64,000 bases of DNA from an uncultured Clostridia bacterium (GCA_934444735.1 CAKSDE010000003.1:105910-169909); one strand, 5' to 3'. Shown: positions 17,312-28,056, numbered from the stretch's first letter. Program-made: numbers and translations. Notes: a model not told the origin generated them from the letters alone.

Positions 17312-18523
17312 TTAGAGCATTCTCTTCAGACGCTTGTCCACTTCATGTAAAAATTCTTCCGTATTTACCTTTTTCTTGTTTTCCAGTTTTGAAAGCAATG
17401 CCAAATCGCCTGTCATTACACCGTCCTCAATCGTTTCGATTGTGGCTTTTTCAAGCTTATCCGCAAATGCGCAAAGCTCGGGAGTACCGTCCAGTTCGCC
17501 TCTTTTTCTCATTGCCCCAGTCCATGCAAATAAAGTTGCAACACTGTTGGTTGAGGTTTCTTCGCCTTTTAAGTGCTTATAATAATGACGCTGAACAGTT
17601 CCGTGTGCCGCCTCATATTCATAGACACCGTCGGGAGATACCAAAACAGAGGTCATCATAGCCAAGCTTCCGTATGCGGTTGCGACCATATCACTCATAA
17701 CGTCGCCGTCATAGTTCTTGCACGCCCAGATATATCCGCCCTCAGAACGTATAACACGCGCAACCGCGTCATCTATCAATGTGTAGAAATACTCGATGCC
17801 TGCCGCCGCAAACTTCTCTTTATATTCCGACTCAAATATTTCATTGAAAATATCTTTAAATCTATGGTCATACTTTTTGGAAATTGTGTCCTTGGTCGCA
17901 AACCATATATCCTGCTTTGTATCCAGCGCAAAGTTAAAACAGCTCCTTGCAAAGCTTGCAATAGATTTATCAATGTTGTGCAGTCCCTGGATAATACCCG
18001 ATGAGCCTTTAAACTCATGAATCAGCTGTCTTGTTTCGTTGCCGTCTTTATCCGTGCATACAAGCTCGCATTTTGAGCCTTCAGGCACCTGCATTTCTGT
18101 GTTTTTGTAAACATCACCATACGCATGACGCGCAATCGTGATAGGCTTTGTCCATGTCGGAATAAAAGGTGTGATGCCTTTTACGATAATCGGTGTACGG
18201 AAAACCGTTCCGTCCAGGATTGCTCTTATCGTTCCGTTCGGTGATTTCCACATTTCCTTTAAGTTATATTCTGTCATTCTGTCGGCATTCGGAGTGATTG
18301 TCGCGCATTTTACGGCAACACCGTATTTTTTCGTAGCCTCAGCCGAGTCAAACGTAACCTGATCGTTTGTTTCGTTTCTATGCTCCAGTCCCAGATCATA
18401 ATACTCGCTTTTCAAGTCCACATACGGCAGAATAAGTATATCCTTTATCATCTTCCATATGATTCTCGTCATTTCATCTCCGTCCATCTCGACAAGAGGT
18501 GTTTTCATTTGAATTTTTGCCAT
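17312..18523 (-). CDS. icd: NADP-dependent isocitrate dehydrogenase (homodimeric, roughly 400 aa type)
   Basis: [23 protein letters not shown]... matches the eukaryote-like or bacterial subfamily II IDH. Conserved GTVQRHY and other core blocks. Start set at MAKIQ. Confidence 0.85.
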   Translation of the reverse strand: MAKIQMKTPLVEMDGDEMTRIIWKMIKDILILPYVDLKSEYYDLGLEHRNETNDQVTFDSAEATKKYGVAVKCATITPNADRMTEYNLKEMWKSPNGTIRAILDGTVFRTPIIVKGITPFIPTWTKPITIARHAYGDVYKNTEMQVPEGSKCELVCTDKDGNETRQLIHEFKGSSGIIQGLHNIDKSIASFARSCFNFALDTKQDIWFATKDTISKKYDHRFKDIFNEIFESEYKEKFAAAGIEYFYTLIDDAVARVIRSEGGYIWACKNYDGDVMSDMVATAYGSLAMMTSVLVSPDGVYEYEAAHGTVQRHYYKHLKGEETSTNSVATLFAWTGAMRKRGELDGTPELCAFADKLEKATIETIEDGVMTGDLALLSKLENKKKVNTEEFLHEVDKRLKRML

Positions 18524-18553
18524 ACTTCTGTTCATTCCCTTCAATTATTTTTA

Positions 18554-20485
18554 TCAGCCTTTGTTCTTCGTGTAATTCAAAAGTCCACCGGCATAAAGCA
18601 TTTGTTTTTGTCTCTCCGAAACCGAAAGATTTGTCTTAAACTCAATGCCTTTTGTTATGTTCTTCACGCAGATTTCATTTCCCGATTTAATCTGTCCGAT
18701 AACATCTGCAATCTCCAGTTCGTCACCCTGCTCGATTTTGTCATAATCCGCCTCATTTGCAAAGGTGAGCGGTAAAATCCCGGCATTTACAAGATTTGCC
18801 ATGTGTATTCTTGCAAACGATTTTGTGATAACCGCCTTAACTCCCAAATATAAAGGTGCCAGAGCCGCGTGCTCACGTGACGAGCCTTGCCCGTAGTTTG
18901 ATCCGCCGACAATAACGGATTTGCCCATATCAAGCGCTCTTTTGTAGAAATTCTCGTCGCATACGGCAAAGCAGTGCTTTGAGATTTCCGGTATATTCGA
19001 TCTCAGCGGCAAAATCTTTGCACCGGCAGGCATGATGTGGTCGGTTGTGATATTATCTCCCACCTTCAGACTGCACCCGGCTTTAATACTCTCCGCCATA
19101 GGTTCTGCTACCGGGAACGGCTTGATGTTCGGTCCGCGCAGAACTTCGACGCTGTCCATATCCTTTTCATCAACAGGTGCTACAACCATATTATCGTTTA
19201 CGTCAAAATATTCCGGCAGTTTAAATTCCGGCATATCCCCAAGATTTCTCGGATCTGTCAAGACACCCGCAATCGCGGAAGTTGCCGCCACCTCGGGTGA
19301 TACCAGATAAATCTGCCCGTCCTTTGTACCCGAGCGCCCTTCAAAGTTTCTGTTAAAGGTTCTTAATGAAATACCCTTTGAATTTGGCGACTGTCCCATA
19401 CCGATACAAGGTCCGCACGCACTCTCGAGTATTCTTGCGCCTGCCTCTATCATAACTGAAAGCGCACCGTTTTTAGCAAGCATATTCAAAACCTGCTTTG
19501 ATCCCGGCGCGATTGCCAGCGATACATCGGGGTGTACCGTCTTTCCCTTTAAAATATGCGCAACCTTTAACATATCCAAAAGCGACGAGTTTGTACACGA
19601 GCCGATACATACCTGATCTATCTTCATATTGCCGATTTCTTCAACCGATTTTACGTTATCGGGTGAGTGCGGACAAGCTGCCAAAGGAACAAGCTCGGAA
19701 AGATTTATTTCTATAACCTCATCATACTCTGCGTCATCATCTGCTGCAAGAGGCTTATATACGTCCTCTCTTCCCTGCGCCCTCAAAAATTCTCTTGTTA
19801 TTTCATCTGACGGGAATATCGATGTTGTAGCGCCGAGTTCCGCGCCCATATTGGTAATTGTGGCACGTTCGGGAACGGAAAGCGTCTTAACGCCCTCGCC
19901 CGTATATTCAATAACCTTTCCCACTCCGCCTTTTACCGACATTCTTCTTAAAACCTCCAGGATAACGTCTTTTGCCGCTACCCACGGGCTTAATTTACCG
20001 CTCAAAATTACATTTACAATCTTAGGGCAGGTTATATAATACGCGCCGCCGCCCATTGCAACCGCAACGTCCATACCGCCGGCACCGATTGCTATCATTC
20101 CGATACCGCCGCCTGTAGGTGTATGGCTGTCCGAGCCGATAAGTGTCTTTCCCGGGACGCCGAACCGCTCCAAATGTACCTGATGACAGATACCGTTACC
20201 GGGGCGTGAAAAATATATTCCGTGTTTTTTGCAGACACTTCCGATAAATCTGTGATCGTCCGCATTTTCAAATCCGTTTTGCAGTGTATTGTGATCGATA
20301 TATGCCACAGAGCGCTCCGTCTTAACTCTCGGTACGCCCATAGCCTCAAATTCAAGATATGCCATAGTTCCCGTTGCATCTTGGGTAAGTGTCTGATCTA
20401 TCTTTATTCCGATTTCTTCACCCTTTACCATTTCACCGTCAACCAAATGTGCCGATAAAATCTTTTCGGTCAGAGTCATTCCCAT
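18554..20485 (-). CDS. Aconitate hydratase (aconitase)
   Basis: About 640 aa. Aconitase family blocks (GICHQVHLE, Cys cluster CPHSPDN...GSCTNS, C-terminal swivel domain SRE...). Start set at MGMTLTEK, with GAGAGG 9 nt upstream. Thirty-nucleotide gap to icd, which implies one operon. Confidence 0.85.
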   Translation of the reverse strand: MGMTLTEKILSAHLVDGEMVKGEEIGIKIDQTLTQDATGTMAYLEFEAMGVPRVKTERSVAYIDHNTLQNGFENADDHRFIGSVCKKHGIYFSRPGNGICHQVHLERFGVPGKTLIGSDSHTPTGGGIGMIAIGAGGMDVAVAMGGGAYYITCPKIVNVILSGKLSPWVAAKDVILEVLRRMSVKGGVGKVIEYTGEGVKTLSVPERATITNMGAELGATTSIFPSDEITREFLRAQGREDVYKPLAADDDAEYDEVIEINLSELVPLAACPHSPDNVKSVEEIGNMKIDQVCIGSCTNSSLLDMLKVAHILKGKTVHPDVSLAIAPGSKQVLNMLAKNGALSVMIEAGARILESACGPCIGMGQSPNSKGISLRTFNRNFEGRSGTKDGQIYLVSPEVAATSAIAGVLTDPRNLGDMPEFKLPEYFDVNDNMVVAPVDEKDMDSVEVLRGPNIKPFPVAEPMAESIKAGCSLKVGDNITTDHIMPAGAKILPLRSNIPEISKHCFAVCDENFYKRALDMGKSVIVGGSNYGQGSSREHAALAPLYLGVKAVITKSFARIHMANLVNAGILPLTFANEADYDKIEQGDELEIADVIGQIKSGNEICVKNITKGIEFKTNLSVSERQKQMLYAGGLLNYTKNKG

Positions 20486-20576
20486 ATTATTCATCCTCTC
20501 GTTTTTATATTTTCGGATAAAATCCCCGGCGTTCCCATTAAAAAACACAAGGTTAGTTTTTACCTATATACTATAT

Positions 20577-20605
20577 ATTGTACCTAAAAACCGCCTTTTT
20601 GTCAA
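20577..20605 (-). promoter_or_regulatory. Candidate sigma-A promoter for the aconitase-icd operon. -35 TTGACA at 20600-20605, -10 TACAAT at 20577-20582.
   Basis: The reverse strand reads TTGACA-17 nt-TACAAT, about 90 nt upstream of the acn start. Confidence 0.45.
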
Positions 20606-20782
20606 TATATTGCAAAAAACTATAACACTAAAATTATTCCGCTCATGCAGTGCGCCAATAGTGATAATGCACAAATTTTCGCTTTGGGCCATATTATATA
20701 GAGTATTCAAGGCTTTTTATACATAGCTTTGCTTTTTAGATAATTGTAAAAAATTTGACTTTTCGAAAGGAGGTTTTTAAGT

Positions 20783-21070
20783 ATGACTTTTTCATGGATG
20801 ATTTTCATTGTTTCGGTTTTGGTTGTCATAAGTATCATCATGCTCACAAAAGCACTCATACGTGTAAGCATACGCGCGAAAAAAGCTCCTCCGTCCATAG
20901 TTCTGTTTGTCTCGGAGGCTGATGAGCCTATAGAATACTTCATAAAAAAACTTATCAAAAAATACCCCCATGCAAAAATCACCGTCCACTGCTCCGACGC
21001 AAGCGATGAAGCTTTAAAAATCCTCGGTATATTGCAAAGAGAGTATCCGTACATCACTCTGCAAGCATAA
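20783..21070 (+). CDS. Small membrane-anchored protein of unknown function
   Basis: 95 aa. Strong RBS (AAGGAGG, 9 nt spacer). One N-terminal TM helix (IFIVSVLVVISIIMLT). Followed by the weak stem-loop at 21075-21094. Confidence 0.5.
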   Translation: MTFSWMIFIVSVLVVISIIMLTKALIRVSIRAKKAPPSIVLFVSEADEPIEYFIKKLIKKYPHAKITVHCSDASDEALKILGILQREYPYITLQA

Positions 21071-21074
21071 AACA

Positions 21075-21094
21075 AAAAACCGGCTTTCGGGTTT
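21075..21094. terminator. Weak stem-loop, possible bidirectional terminator
   Basis: AAAACCGG-ctttc-GGGTTTT imperfect stem with T/A runs on both sides, between convergent genes. Confidence 0.35.
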
Positions 21095-21123
21095 TCACCT
21101 TAAAGTCGGTCTTTTATTCTTAA

Positions 21124-22452
21124 TTATAATTTATTTATAACCGTTCCCGTAACCGGTTTCGGGAAAATATACATTGATTTTTCCGGCATAGTTTCCCCCG
21201 ATTCAACAACTTCGCATATATGCTCCGCCTTTACGGTATTCAAAACGAAAAGACACGCCGCCTCCCCGTCATTAATCATTTTCACGCCCTCTGTCGTGCG
21301 CTTGGTATAGTCGATATATTCATCATAATTATCTTTATTTATGTTTAAAAGCTCGCCCAACAGTAAACTGTTTAAAACCGTAATATCAAGCGTGCGGTAT
21401 TCCTCCGAATGTTCCGGCATAAGCTTCTTTACATAGTCCTCATCGGTAAGCGTGAGGCGATAGAAATAGTTACCGCCGCAGTAAACACCTATAATATTCT
21501 TCTTTCTCCCCGTCTCAATCTGGTGTTTCATAGTTTCCACCAAATCGTCATTGCTTGTATCTACAATGATCTTTTCCACCTTAAAATGATCCTGCGCACA
21601 CGCAATGAAATAATCCTCGGAGAATTTTTTATTATTTTTAAGTATTCTGTGAATCGGGAGCTGAACCAGATTATCACCGTAGGCATTATTCAAAAAAGCC
21701 ATTATGTAGTTATACGGCTCATCTCCGGTAAAGGCGGAATCATTTTCCCTGCACTCTTTCATATAACGCAAAGCCGCCTGATATCTGTTTCTTCCGTCCG
21801 TTATAAATATTCTTATATTTTTTAAGCTATCTTTTATAAAGGCTATCTTTTCCGCATCATCAATCACCCATAAATGATTTATAGTAATCTCTCCCGTGAT
21901 GCTTTCCGCCGAGCGGAATTCCATATCCGGCATCTTTTCCGATATTTCGTTCATCATATGATTCAAAGCACGCTCACTGTCAATATACATACAGTTTATC
22001 ATATCAATATTAGCACCGGTATTGGACAGCAGATTATATCGATTTTCCATAAAATCGGGTTTTGTTTCCTCGCACACTTTTATGCTCGAATCATCGCTCA
22101 ATTCTTCAAGCTTTAAAAGTGCCACAATGCCGTGATTTACAAAAACGGTATTTTTATATATACTTCTTTGTTCGTAAAGATACATAACCGGCTTTTCTTC
22201 CTTTTGCAGTATCCCTTGTGCAATCCATTGGTTCAGATACTCAGCAGCTCTTGTATAGCGGTTATTTTCCGGAGAATCCCCCTCCTCCGTTTTGCCGTCC
22301 GAAACACGCACGATATTGTATTGGCTTTTTTCGTAAAACATTTTCCGTTCATCTTCCGGCATAACATTATAAGGCGCCGCCATCACCGCATTTACATCTC
22401 TGCATTTTTCCGTATTATACCTGTATCCCGCAAATTCTTTAATTTCTGCCAT
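21124..22452 (-). CDS. DUF1015-family protein, function unknown
   Basis: N-terminus MAEIKEFAGYRYNTEKCRDVNAVMAAPYNVM fits the DUF1015 signature (I.PF.G.RYN......PYDVI). GGAGG sits 9 nt upstream of this ATG. Confidence 0.55.
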   Translation of the reverse strand: MAEIKEFAGYRYNTEKCRDVNAVMAAPYNVMPEDERKMFYEKSQYNIVRVSDGKTEEGDSPENNRYTRAAEYLNQWIAQGILQKEEKPVMYLYEQRSIYKNTVFVNHGIVALLKLEELSDDSSIKVCEETKPDFMENRYNLLSNTGANIDMINCMYIDSERALNHMMNEISEKMPDMEFRSAESITGEITINHLWVIDDAEKIAFIKDSLKNIRIFITDGRNRYQAALRYMKECRENDSAFTGDEPYNYIMAFLNNAYGDNLVQLPIHRILKNNKKFSEDYFIACAQDHFKVEKIIVDTSNDDLVETMKHQIETGRKKNIIGVYCGGNYFYRLTLTDEDYVKKLMPEHSEEYRTLDITVLNSLLLGELLNINKDNYDEYIDYTKRTTEGVKMINDGEAACLFVLNTVKAEHICEVVESGETMPEKSMYIFPKPVTGTVINKL

Positions 22453-22678
22453 ATATTTTCCTCCATGCCCCAAAATTCTCTTCATCTTCTATTCTATACT
22501 ATTCCGATAAAAAGGTCAATACTTTTATGAGTTTTTTTGTTTTTTTGTAATAAAACTTTTTTCGACTGCAAACAATAAAAACACAAAAAAATATTTACAC
22601 CCTGTTTAAATGGTTTAAAAATCAAAGCATTAGTTTTATTTTTACCCGAATATCATATTTTATAAGGAGGCAATTTTT

Positions 22679-22846
22679 ATGAATTTCGTAAAAGGCATGG
22701 TAACAGGACTTTTGGTAGGCTCTGCCGTAACAATGTTCGCTGATCCGATCTCCGACCGTCAGCGCCATAAAATGCAAAAGAAAACCGAAGGTCTGTTCAA
22801 AAACGTCGGCTGTGCGCTCGATAATGCAATCAGTATGTTTAAGTAA
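22679..22846 (+). CDS. Small (55 aa) protein with one TM helix. Below the size cut-off of the ORF track.
   Basis: ATG at 22679 preceded by AAGGAGG. Translation MNFVKGMVTGLLVGSAVTMFADPISDRQRHKMQKKTEGLFKNVGCALDNAISMFK, stop at 22844-22846. The strong terminator 22847-22890 follows immediately. Confidence 0.45.
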   Translation: MNFVKGMVTGLLVGSAVTMFADPISDRQRHKMQKKTEGLFKNVGCALDNAISMFK

Positions 22847-22890
22847 CAAAAAATCATAACCACCGACAAAACGGTGGTTATGATTTTTTG
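22847..22890. terminator. Bidirectional intrinsic terminator with a 19 bp perfect stem
   Basis: CAAAAAATCATAACCACCG-acaaaa-CGGTGGTTATGATTTTTTG. Directly abuts the stop codons of the convergent genes 22679-22846 (+) and 22891-28056 (-). Confidence 0.8.
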
Positions 22891-25800
22891 TTACTTAACT
22901 CTCTTTTCTATAATTGCACCCACGCTGAAAACATAGTTTGTGTCGGTAGGTTGATCAATCACGACCCTTACGGTATGCTTCTTACCGTCTTTCGGGAGTT
23001 CAATCCAATTATGAGGGAACTGAAAATCCTCACTTGAATTAAAATACGTTTTCCATTTGCCGCTTTCCTTTCCGTCAACATAAACAGTTGCCTCCAAGCC
23101 GGCTTTCGATGTCAGATATACAAGACGAACCGCATCGGCATCAGATTTAAATTCAAATTCCGCATTTTGGGCATTTATCGCCTGCATAATCCCGTCTTTG
23201 CAAAATTCAAACTGACGTTCACTCACCGCAAAATTTGAATCTCCGGCAACAAATGCTTTATCGCGCTTTATCCAGTTTCCGGAATATTTCATTCCGGCCT
23301 CCGTTGCACTCCTTGATATATATTCGGTATATTGTTTATTTTCCTCGCACAATGGCTGCTTGTTTTTTGGAGTCTTTATAAAACTTTCAGTATCATTGTC
23401 TATAGCCTCAACAATTGCCTCTGCATACTTTTCATATCCGCCGTGTACGTCCCAGACATTTTCGCCTGTTTTTCTGTACATGGTATCATAATACTTTGCC
23501 AAGGTTAATGATGAATTGGATTCCTTTTGCTTTTCATAGTCACGCATCATATAGTCATGTATATTTACGGTCTTTATACCGTAATAATCCGCAAGTTCTT
23601 GTTTTGACGTGACTTCGGTTTCCCACGATTGCAAAGTTCCCGCAACGGTTTCCGTCGGCAGCGGTGCAAACAGGAATACAACCGCAGGTTTCTTTTCAAG
23701 CCTTTCGCACTGCATAACCATCTGTTCCATATACAGTTTTGCAGAAAGAGCATCAAATTTACTGTCATTTACAGCAAATTCAATAAATACAATATCCGGA
23801 TTGCACGACATAACGTCACGAGAAAATCTCGATGTACCAAACTCCGAATTTGTACCGCTAAGACCTGCATTTACGATTTTTATGTTTTTCACACCGAGCT
23901 TCTTTTTCAATTCCTCAACAGTTGCGGTTTCCCATAATTTTCCGCCCTGCGTTAAGGATCCGCCGATAAATGCTACCGTAAGCTCATCAACATTTGTATT
24001 TATCAGCGTTTGCTTATCGGAATCAACCGGCTGCTGCGGCTCTTGGGTATCTCCCCCCGAAACATAGCTCTTTTCCAATATCATTGTGATTATTTTTGCT
24101 ATCTGTCCGTTTGTTATATTTGTTCTCGGTGAGAACAGCGTCTGTGATACTCCCGTCATCAGCTTTGAATTAACTACCGCTCCGACATATCCTCTTGCCC
24201 ATTCTCCTATCAATTCTTTATCCTGATAAACGTTTATATCTGCCTCTTTGGATAATCCCAATATAATGCAAAGCACCTTTGCCAGCTCCTGACGGCTGAT
24301 ATTATCGTTCGGGCGGAAATTCACGTCCTTGCTGATTATTCCTTTATCAACCATAGTCTGGAGCATTTTTGCATACGGCTCATTTGTATTTACATCCGCA
24401 AATTCGTTGCGATATGCTGTTTCGCTGTAGCCCTGAACCTTGAATATATAAGTTATCAATTCCGATCTCGTTACATATTTGTCCGGATTAAACTTATTTT
24501 CACCGTCAAGGCTCATAATACCGTTTTTGAGCGCATTTTTCGCATATTCCTCCGCCCAGTGTCCGCCTAAATCAACCGGTTCACTGTTATTGGGCTTTTC
24601 TTCGGTTTTTACGGTAGGAACAGGATTTGTCCACGGGATACCTCCGCCGCTGCCGCCGCTTGATCCTCCCGAATGACCGCTCTTTCCGCTTACGCTCTGA
24701 CTCACGCTTACAGCCTCTCCGACAGACGGTTCTCTGTCCGCAACGGGAACCACCTCAAATTTTACCGTCTTTGTTCCGCTGAAATCTATGGTATAATCGG
24801 TACCTGTCGCCACTTTGCTGTCATTGACATACCATGTACAGATTGATTCTGCCTCCGATGCACCGTCTTTTTGTGAAAATTCATATGTTCCCGTCAATCT
24901 CGACCCGTTCTTTGTAATTTTAAGATTTTTGGCTTCGGGTGGTTTTGGCCCGGAAAAAGCCTGTTTGCTCATTGTCGGAGTCCCGTAATACGGTTCATTG
25001 TCCGATGCCGGAGTGACTTCAACCTGTATAAATTTATTCACATCATCTTTTGTCAGTATATAATTCTTTCCGACAGCCCCGTCAATCTTTACATATCCGT
25101 CTTTTTCATTGTCAGAACGATACCACTGATACTTATTTTCCGCCATATTGTCATCTTTATTTACATCGCTCCATGAAAAATCAGCGCTAAGCACTTCACC
25201 GATAAAAGCTTTTCCGTTTATCATCACATTCTCCGCAACAGGTGCCGTTGCCGGTGCAGCAATATTACTTTCTTCCGTTTTACCGGTCTCGGCTGCTGTT
25301 TTCGGTGTAACCCTTACCTTTATAAAGCAATCCTTATATTCCGGCGAAACAGTATATGTATCCTCTGTTGCACCCTCGATAATGTTGTAATTACCGTCCC
25401 GTATATCCGACCAAAGCCACACAACATCGCAATCACCCGCATCACCGTCTACTTGGTAAAAATCATAAGAAGCTGTAAGTTTACTGCCCTCTGCAACCGT
25501 TCCGAAAAGTTTTAAATTCAAGACTCTCGGCGTTTTATTGCTGTTTGAAACAAGCTCTATCGGATAAAGCTTTGTAAATGTGTTTTGTGTCCGCCCCTTA
25601 AATTGCGGTTTGCAAACTGCCTCAAGATATATTGTTCCGCTTACTGCCTCATCGGTTACGTGCAAGACATCATCTTTAATATACACACCTTTAACAGAGC
25701 TGTCGATATTCCAGAAAGTTTTTTCTTTTTCAAGTCCTGCTGTTGTACCAAGCTGATTTCTTGCATCTCCCAAAATCAGGCTTTGTGTTATTTCTCCTTT

Positions 25801-28056
25801 TTCGGGTATTTCAATTCTATCGGGCACAGATGCCGGAATGTCCGCAACTACCAAAGGTCCGATGTAAACGTCATCTATCAGATAATCATATCCTTTTGAG
25901 CCGCTCGGCCAGCAAGTTGCCACTCCGCGTGCCGTAGTATCCTTTGTCGAATAAACCAATCTCCAGATTCTCGTCCATTCTTCTTTACCTGCGGAAATTG
26001 TATCTGATGTCAGACTCTCATCGCCGCTCATTGTATATGAAAGTGAAAAATTGATATATTCTGTGCTTGCATCGGGGTGAACCTTAGCCATGCTTGAAAA
26101 CAAATATGTCACGCCTTGCGATACATTGACGGGATTTGATACAAGACCTGTTGTATTTTGTGTTCTGTTTGTGATTGCAGCACAGTATTTGCCGTCCGAT
26201 GCGTCTATATCTGTAACGGCAAATTTAGGATCGGGGTCACTGTCGTAATGCGTCAGTTTCCACCCTGTTTCACCCTCCTCAAAGCTGTGATTTTTCATCA
26301 GATTTGTAGCGGTATACACATCTTTTTCGATTTTTCCGCTCAATACCGACATAACCGGCGCACCGTACGGCGGCACAACCGCATAAGGTGTCACCTGAAC
26401 TTTTATATATTTCCCCAGCATATCTTCCGAAATCACATATCGCTTTTCGGTCTGTCCGGGAATTTCCGTAAATTTACTTCCGTCATCAGAAAAATACCAC
26501 TGATATTTCGTATCTCCCTCTTCATCTCCGTTTGGATCTTCAAAATCATACCTTGCCTCCATTGTCATACCGACTGCCGCAAATCCCTCAATCGCAACAT
26601 TTTTTGCAACCGGTGCAAGCGGCGGCAAAAGAATATTACTAAACTGCTCTTTTCCCGGCAGACCGTCATTACGTATCGGCAAAGCTTTGAATCTTATATA
26701 TTTATCCGCATATTGTGCATCTACTGCATATTCATCTCCCGATGCACCCGGAATTTCAAAAAAGTTCTTGCCATCATCCGAATACAGCCACGAAACCTCA
26801 ACCATACCGTCTATACCGTCTGTTTGCAAATAGGTATACTCGGCTTGAAGTTTTTCTCCTTCCGAAACGGTTCCCTTCGCCTTTAAATCTTTAACTTCGG
26901 GTATATTTCCCGAATATACCTTTATATCCTCAATCGTTTGGGTTGAAAGCACGCCGATTTGAGTGTTTTTTTCATCCAGTCCCATCACTTTTGAATTATC
27001 AAGCTCAACCCGATAAATTCCGCTCTCAAGGTTTTTACCAAATTTTAACGTATATTTTAAATCGCTTGCAATGCCTGTATATTCAACAGGCTCGCTGCTT
27101 CCTTCACAATAAATTTTGATATTATCCTCATTTAACGTACTCTTGTCCATCTTTCCGCTAAAGCCTATACTAATGCTGTCTGTGTTAAAATATGCGCTCG
27201 TTCCTGACGGATATAACGCTTTTGCCTCTCTGGTGCTGAGATTTTCCGAATATATCACGAAATCGTCTATATCCAGGGTCACGCCCGAAACAGATGCTTT
27301 CTCAAGTTTCATGTTCAGTCCGAGCGTATCTATAACGTTCAGATTATATAGCGGAAAATCATCGCATCCGCCCTGAAGCGCTCTGTTGGATAACGTCCAA
27401 AGTATAGTCCCTGTTTCTTCGTCCGTCCACGCCACATCATATTTTACAATATTTCCCGCAGCGCTTGCATAAAGCGATAAATCCACTTTATACCAATTAT
27501 CCTTTGCAGGATTATTCATATAAAAGTTTGAACCGGGGTATGAGCCAATCGAGCCGTTTTGCCACCGATCAAACATTGTAAGTCCCATGATCTCACAGCC
27601 GCGGCTGCCGCTCCACTGAGATGCTCCCATATTCCATACCGCATTTGATTGCAGTTCCCGGTAGGAGCTTATATCGGTATAGTTGAAAACCAAATCCTTT
27701 GAAAGTGCCGAAATGTCATTGCTTCTTACTTTCATGGATATTTTTGTCTTGCTCTTCGGTGCGATTTTATAGTCGGGAGATATGTATATATCCGGCATTT
27801 CATCAAGATTTGTGGATTTGCCGCGGTCACTGTTTATTGTGATTCTTGCAAATCTGTTGCCGTTTTCCTCCTCATTTGTGAGTACAACATCTCCTGCATA
27901 TGCACCCATTGTCAGTACATCGGTTGTTCCGTCCTCAAAATCGCAGTTGACCGCAAAATCCGATTCGGCATACGCTTTTTGAAACCTTCCCGGGAACACA
28001 GACAACGTCAATGCCGCACTGAGCATATAAGTAATATATTTTTTATTTATTTTCAC
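22891..28056 (-). CDS. Giant (1721 aa) multimodular cell-surface protein. Signal peptide, CBM-like N-domain, five YQWY Ig-like repeats with an embedded CBM4_9-like domain, Gly/Ser linker, three SLH domains, SGNH (GDSL-type) esterase, C-terminal beta-sandwich.
   Basis: Uses a GTG start (AGGAGG 8 nt upstream). Signal MKINKKYITYMLSAALTLSVFPGRFQKAYA. SLH consensus at about 24030-24575 (GHWAEEYAKNAL...FNPDKYVTRSELITY). SGNH blocks I and V at about 23330-23990 (AFIGGSLTQGG...FAVNDS...WDVHGG). N-domain 70% similar to that of 28128-31346. Confidence 0.8.
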   Translation of the reverse strand: MKINKKYITYMLSAALTLSVFPGRFQKAYAESDFAVNCDFEDGTTDVLTMGAYAGDVVLTNEEENGNRFARITINSDRGKSTNLDEMPDIYISPDYKIAPKSKTKISMKVRSNDISALSKDLVFNYTDISSYRELQSNAVWNMGASQWSGSRGCEIMGLTMFDRWQNGSIGSYPGSNFYMNNPAKDNWYKVDLSLYASAAGNIVKYDVAWTDEETGTILWTLSNRALQGGCDDFPLYNLNVIDTLGLNMKLEKASVSGVTLDIDDFVIYSENLSTREAKALYPSGTSAYFNTDSISIGFSGKMDKSTLNEDNIKIYCEGSSEPVEYTGIASDLKYTLKFGKNLESGIYRVELDNSKVMGLDEKNTQIGVLSTQTIEDIKVYSGNIPEVKDLKAKGTVSEGEKLQAEYTYLQTDGIDGMVEVSWLYSDDGKNFFEIPGASGDEYAVDAQYADKYIRFKALPIRNDGLPGKEQFSNILLPPLAPVAKNVAIEGFAAVGMTMEARYDFEDPNGDEEGDTKYQWYFSDDGSKFTEIPGQTEKRYVISEDMLGKYIKVQVTPYAVVPPYGAPVMSVLSGKIEKDVYTATNLMKNHSFEEGETGWKLTHYDSDPDPKFAVTDIDASDGKYCAAITNRTQNTTGLVSNPVNVSQGVTYLFSSMAKVHPDASTEYINFSLSYTMSGDESLTSDTISAGKEEWTRIWRLVYSTKDTTARGVATCWPSGSKGYDYLIDDVYIGPLVVADIPASVPDRIEIPEKGEITQSLILGDARNQLGTTAGLEKEKTFWNIDSSVKGVYIKDDVLHVTDEAVSGTIYLEAVCKPQFKGRTQNTFTKLYPIELVSNSNKTPRVLNLKLFGTVAEGSKLTASYDFYQVDGDAGDCDVVWLWSDIRDGNYNIIEGATEDTYTVSPEYKDCFIKVRVTPKTAAETGKTEESNIAAPATAPVAENVMINGKAFIGEVLSADFSWSDVNKDDNMAENKYQWYRSDNEKDGYVKIDGAVGKNYILTKDDVNKFIQVEVTPASDNEPYYGTPTMSKQAFSGPKPPEAKNLKITKNGSRLTGTYEFSQKDGASEAESICTWYVNDSKVATGTDYTIDFSGTKTVKFEVVPVADREPSVGEAVSVSQSVSGKSGHSGGSSGGSGGGIPWTNPVPTVKTEEKPNNSEPVDLGGHWAEEYAKNALKNGIMSLDGENKFNPDKYVTRSELITYIFKVQGYSETAYRNEFADVNTNEPYAKMLQTMVDKGIISKDVNFRPNDNISRQELAKVLCIILGLSKEADINVYQDKELIGEWARGYVGAVVNSKLMTGVSQTLFSPRTNITNGQIAKIITMILEKSYVSGGDTQEPQQPVDSDKQTLINTNVDELTVAFIGGSLTQGGKLWETATVEELKKKLGVKNIKIVNAGLSGTNSEFGTSRFSRDVMSCNPDIVFIEFAVNDSKFDALSAKLYMEQMVMQCERLEKKPAVVFLFAPLPTETVAGTLQSWETEVTSKQELADYYGIKTVNIHDYMMRDYEKQKESNSSLTLAKYYDTMYRKTGENVWDVHGGYEKYAEAIVEAIDNDTESFIKTPKNKQPLCEENKQYTEYISRSATEAGMKYSGNWIKRDKAFVAGDSNFAVSERQFEFCKDGIMQAINAQNAEFEFKSDADAVRLVYLTSKAGLEATVYVDGKESGKWKTYFNSSEDFQFPHNWIELPKDGKKHTVRVVIDQPTDTNYVFSVGAIIEKRVK
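24030..24575 (-). other. Three tandem SLH (S-layer homology) domains located internally in protein 22891-28056
   Basis: Three roughly 55-60 aa segments with the SLH consensus (W..EY...L...GI..G......F.P...ITR.E.A). Confidence 0.65.

Noticed and set aside
20549-20782. Possible riboswitch or sRNA in the 234 bp region upstream of aconitase
   Set aside because: Apart from the promoter-like hexamers, I saw no conserved riboswitch core (no recognizable aptamer stems). The region is AT-rich and without a long inverted repeat.
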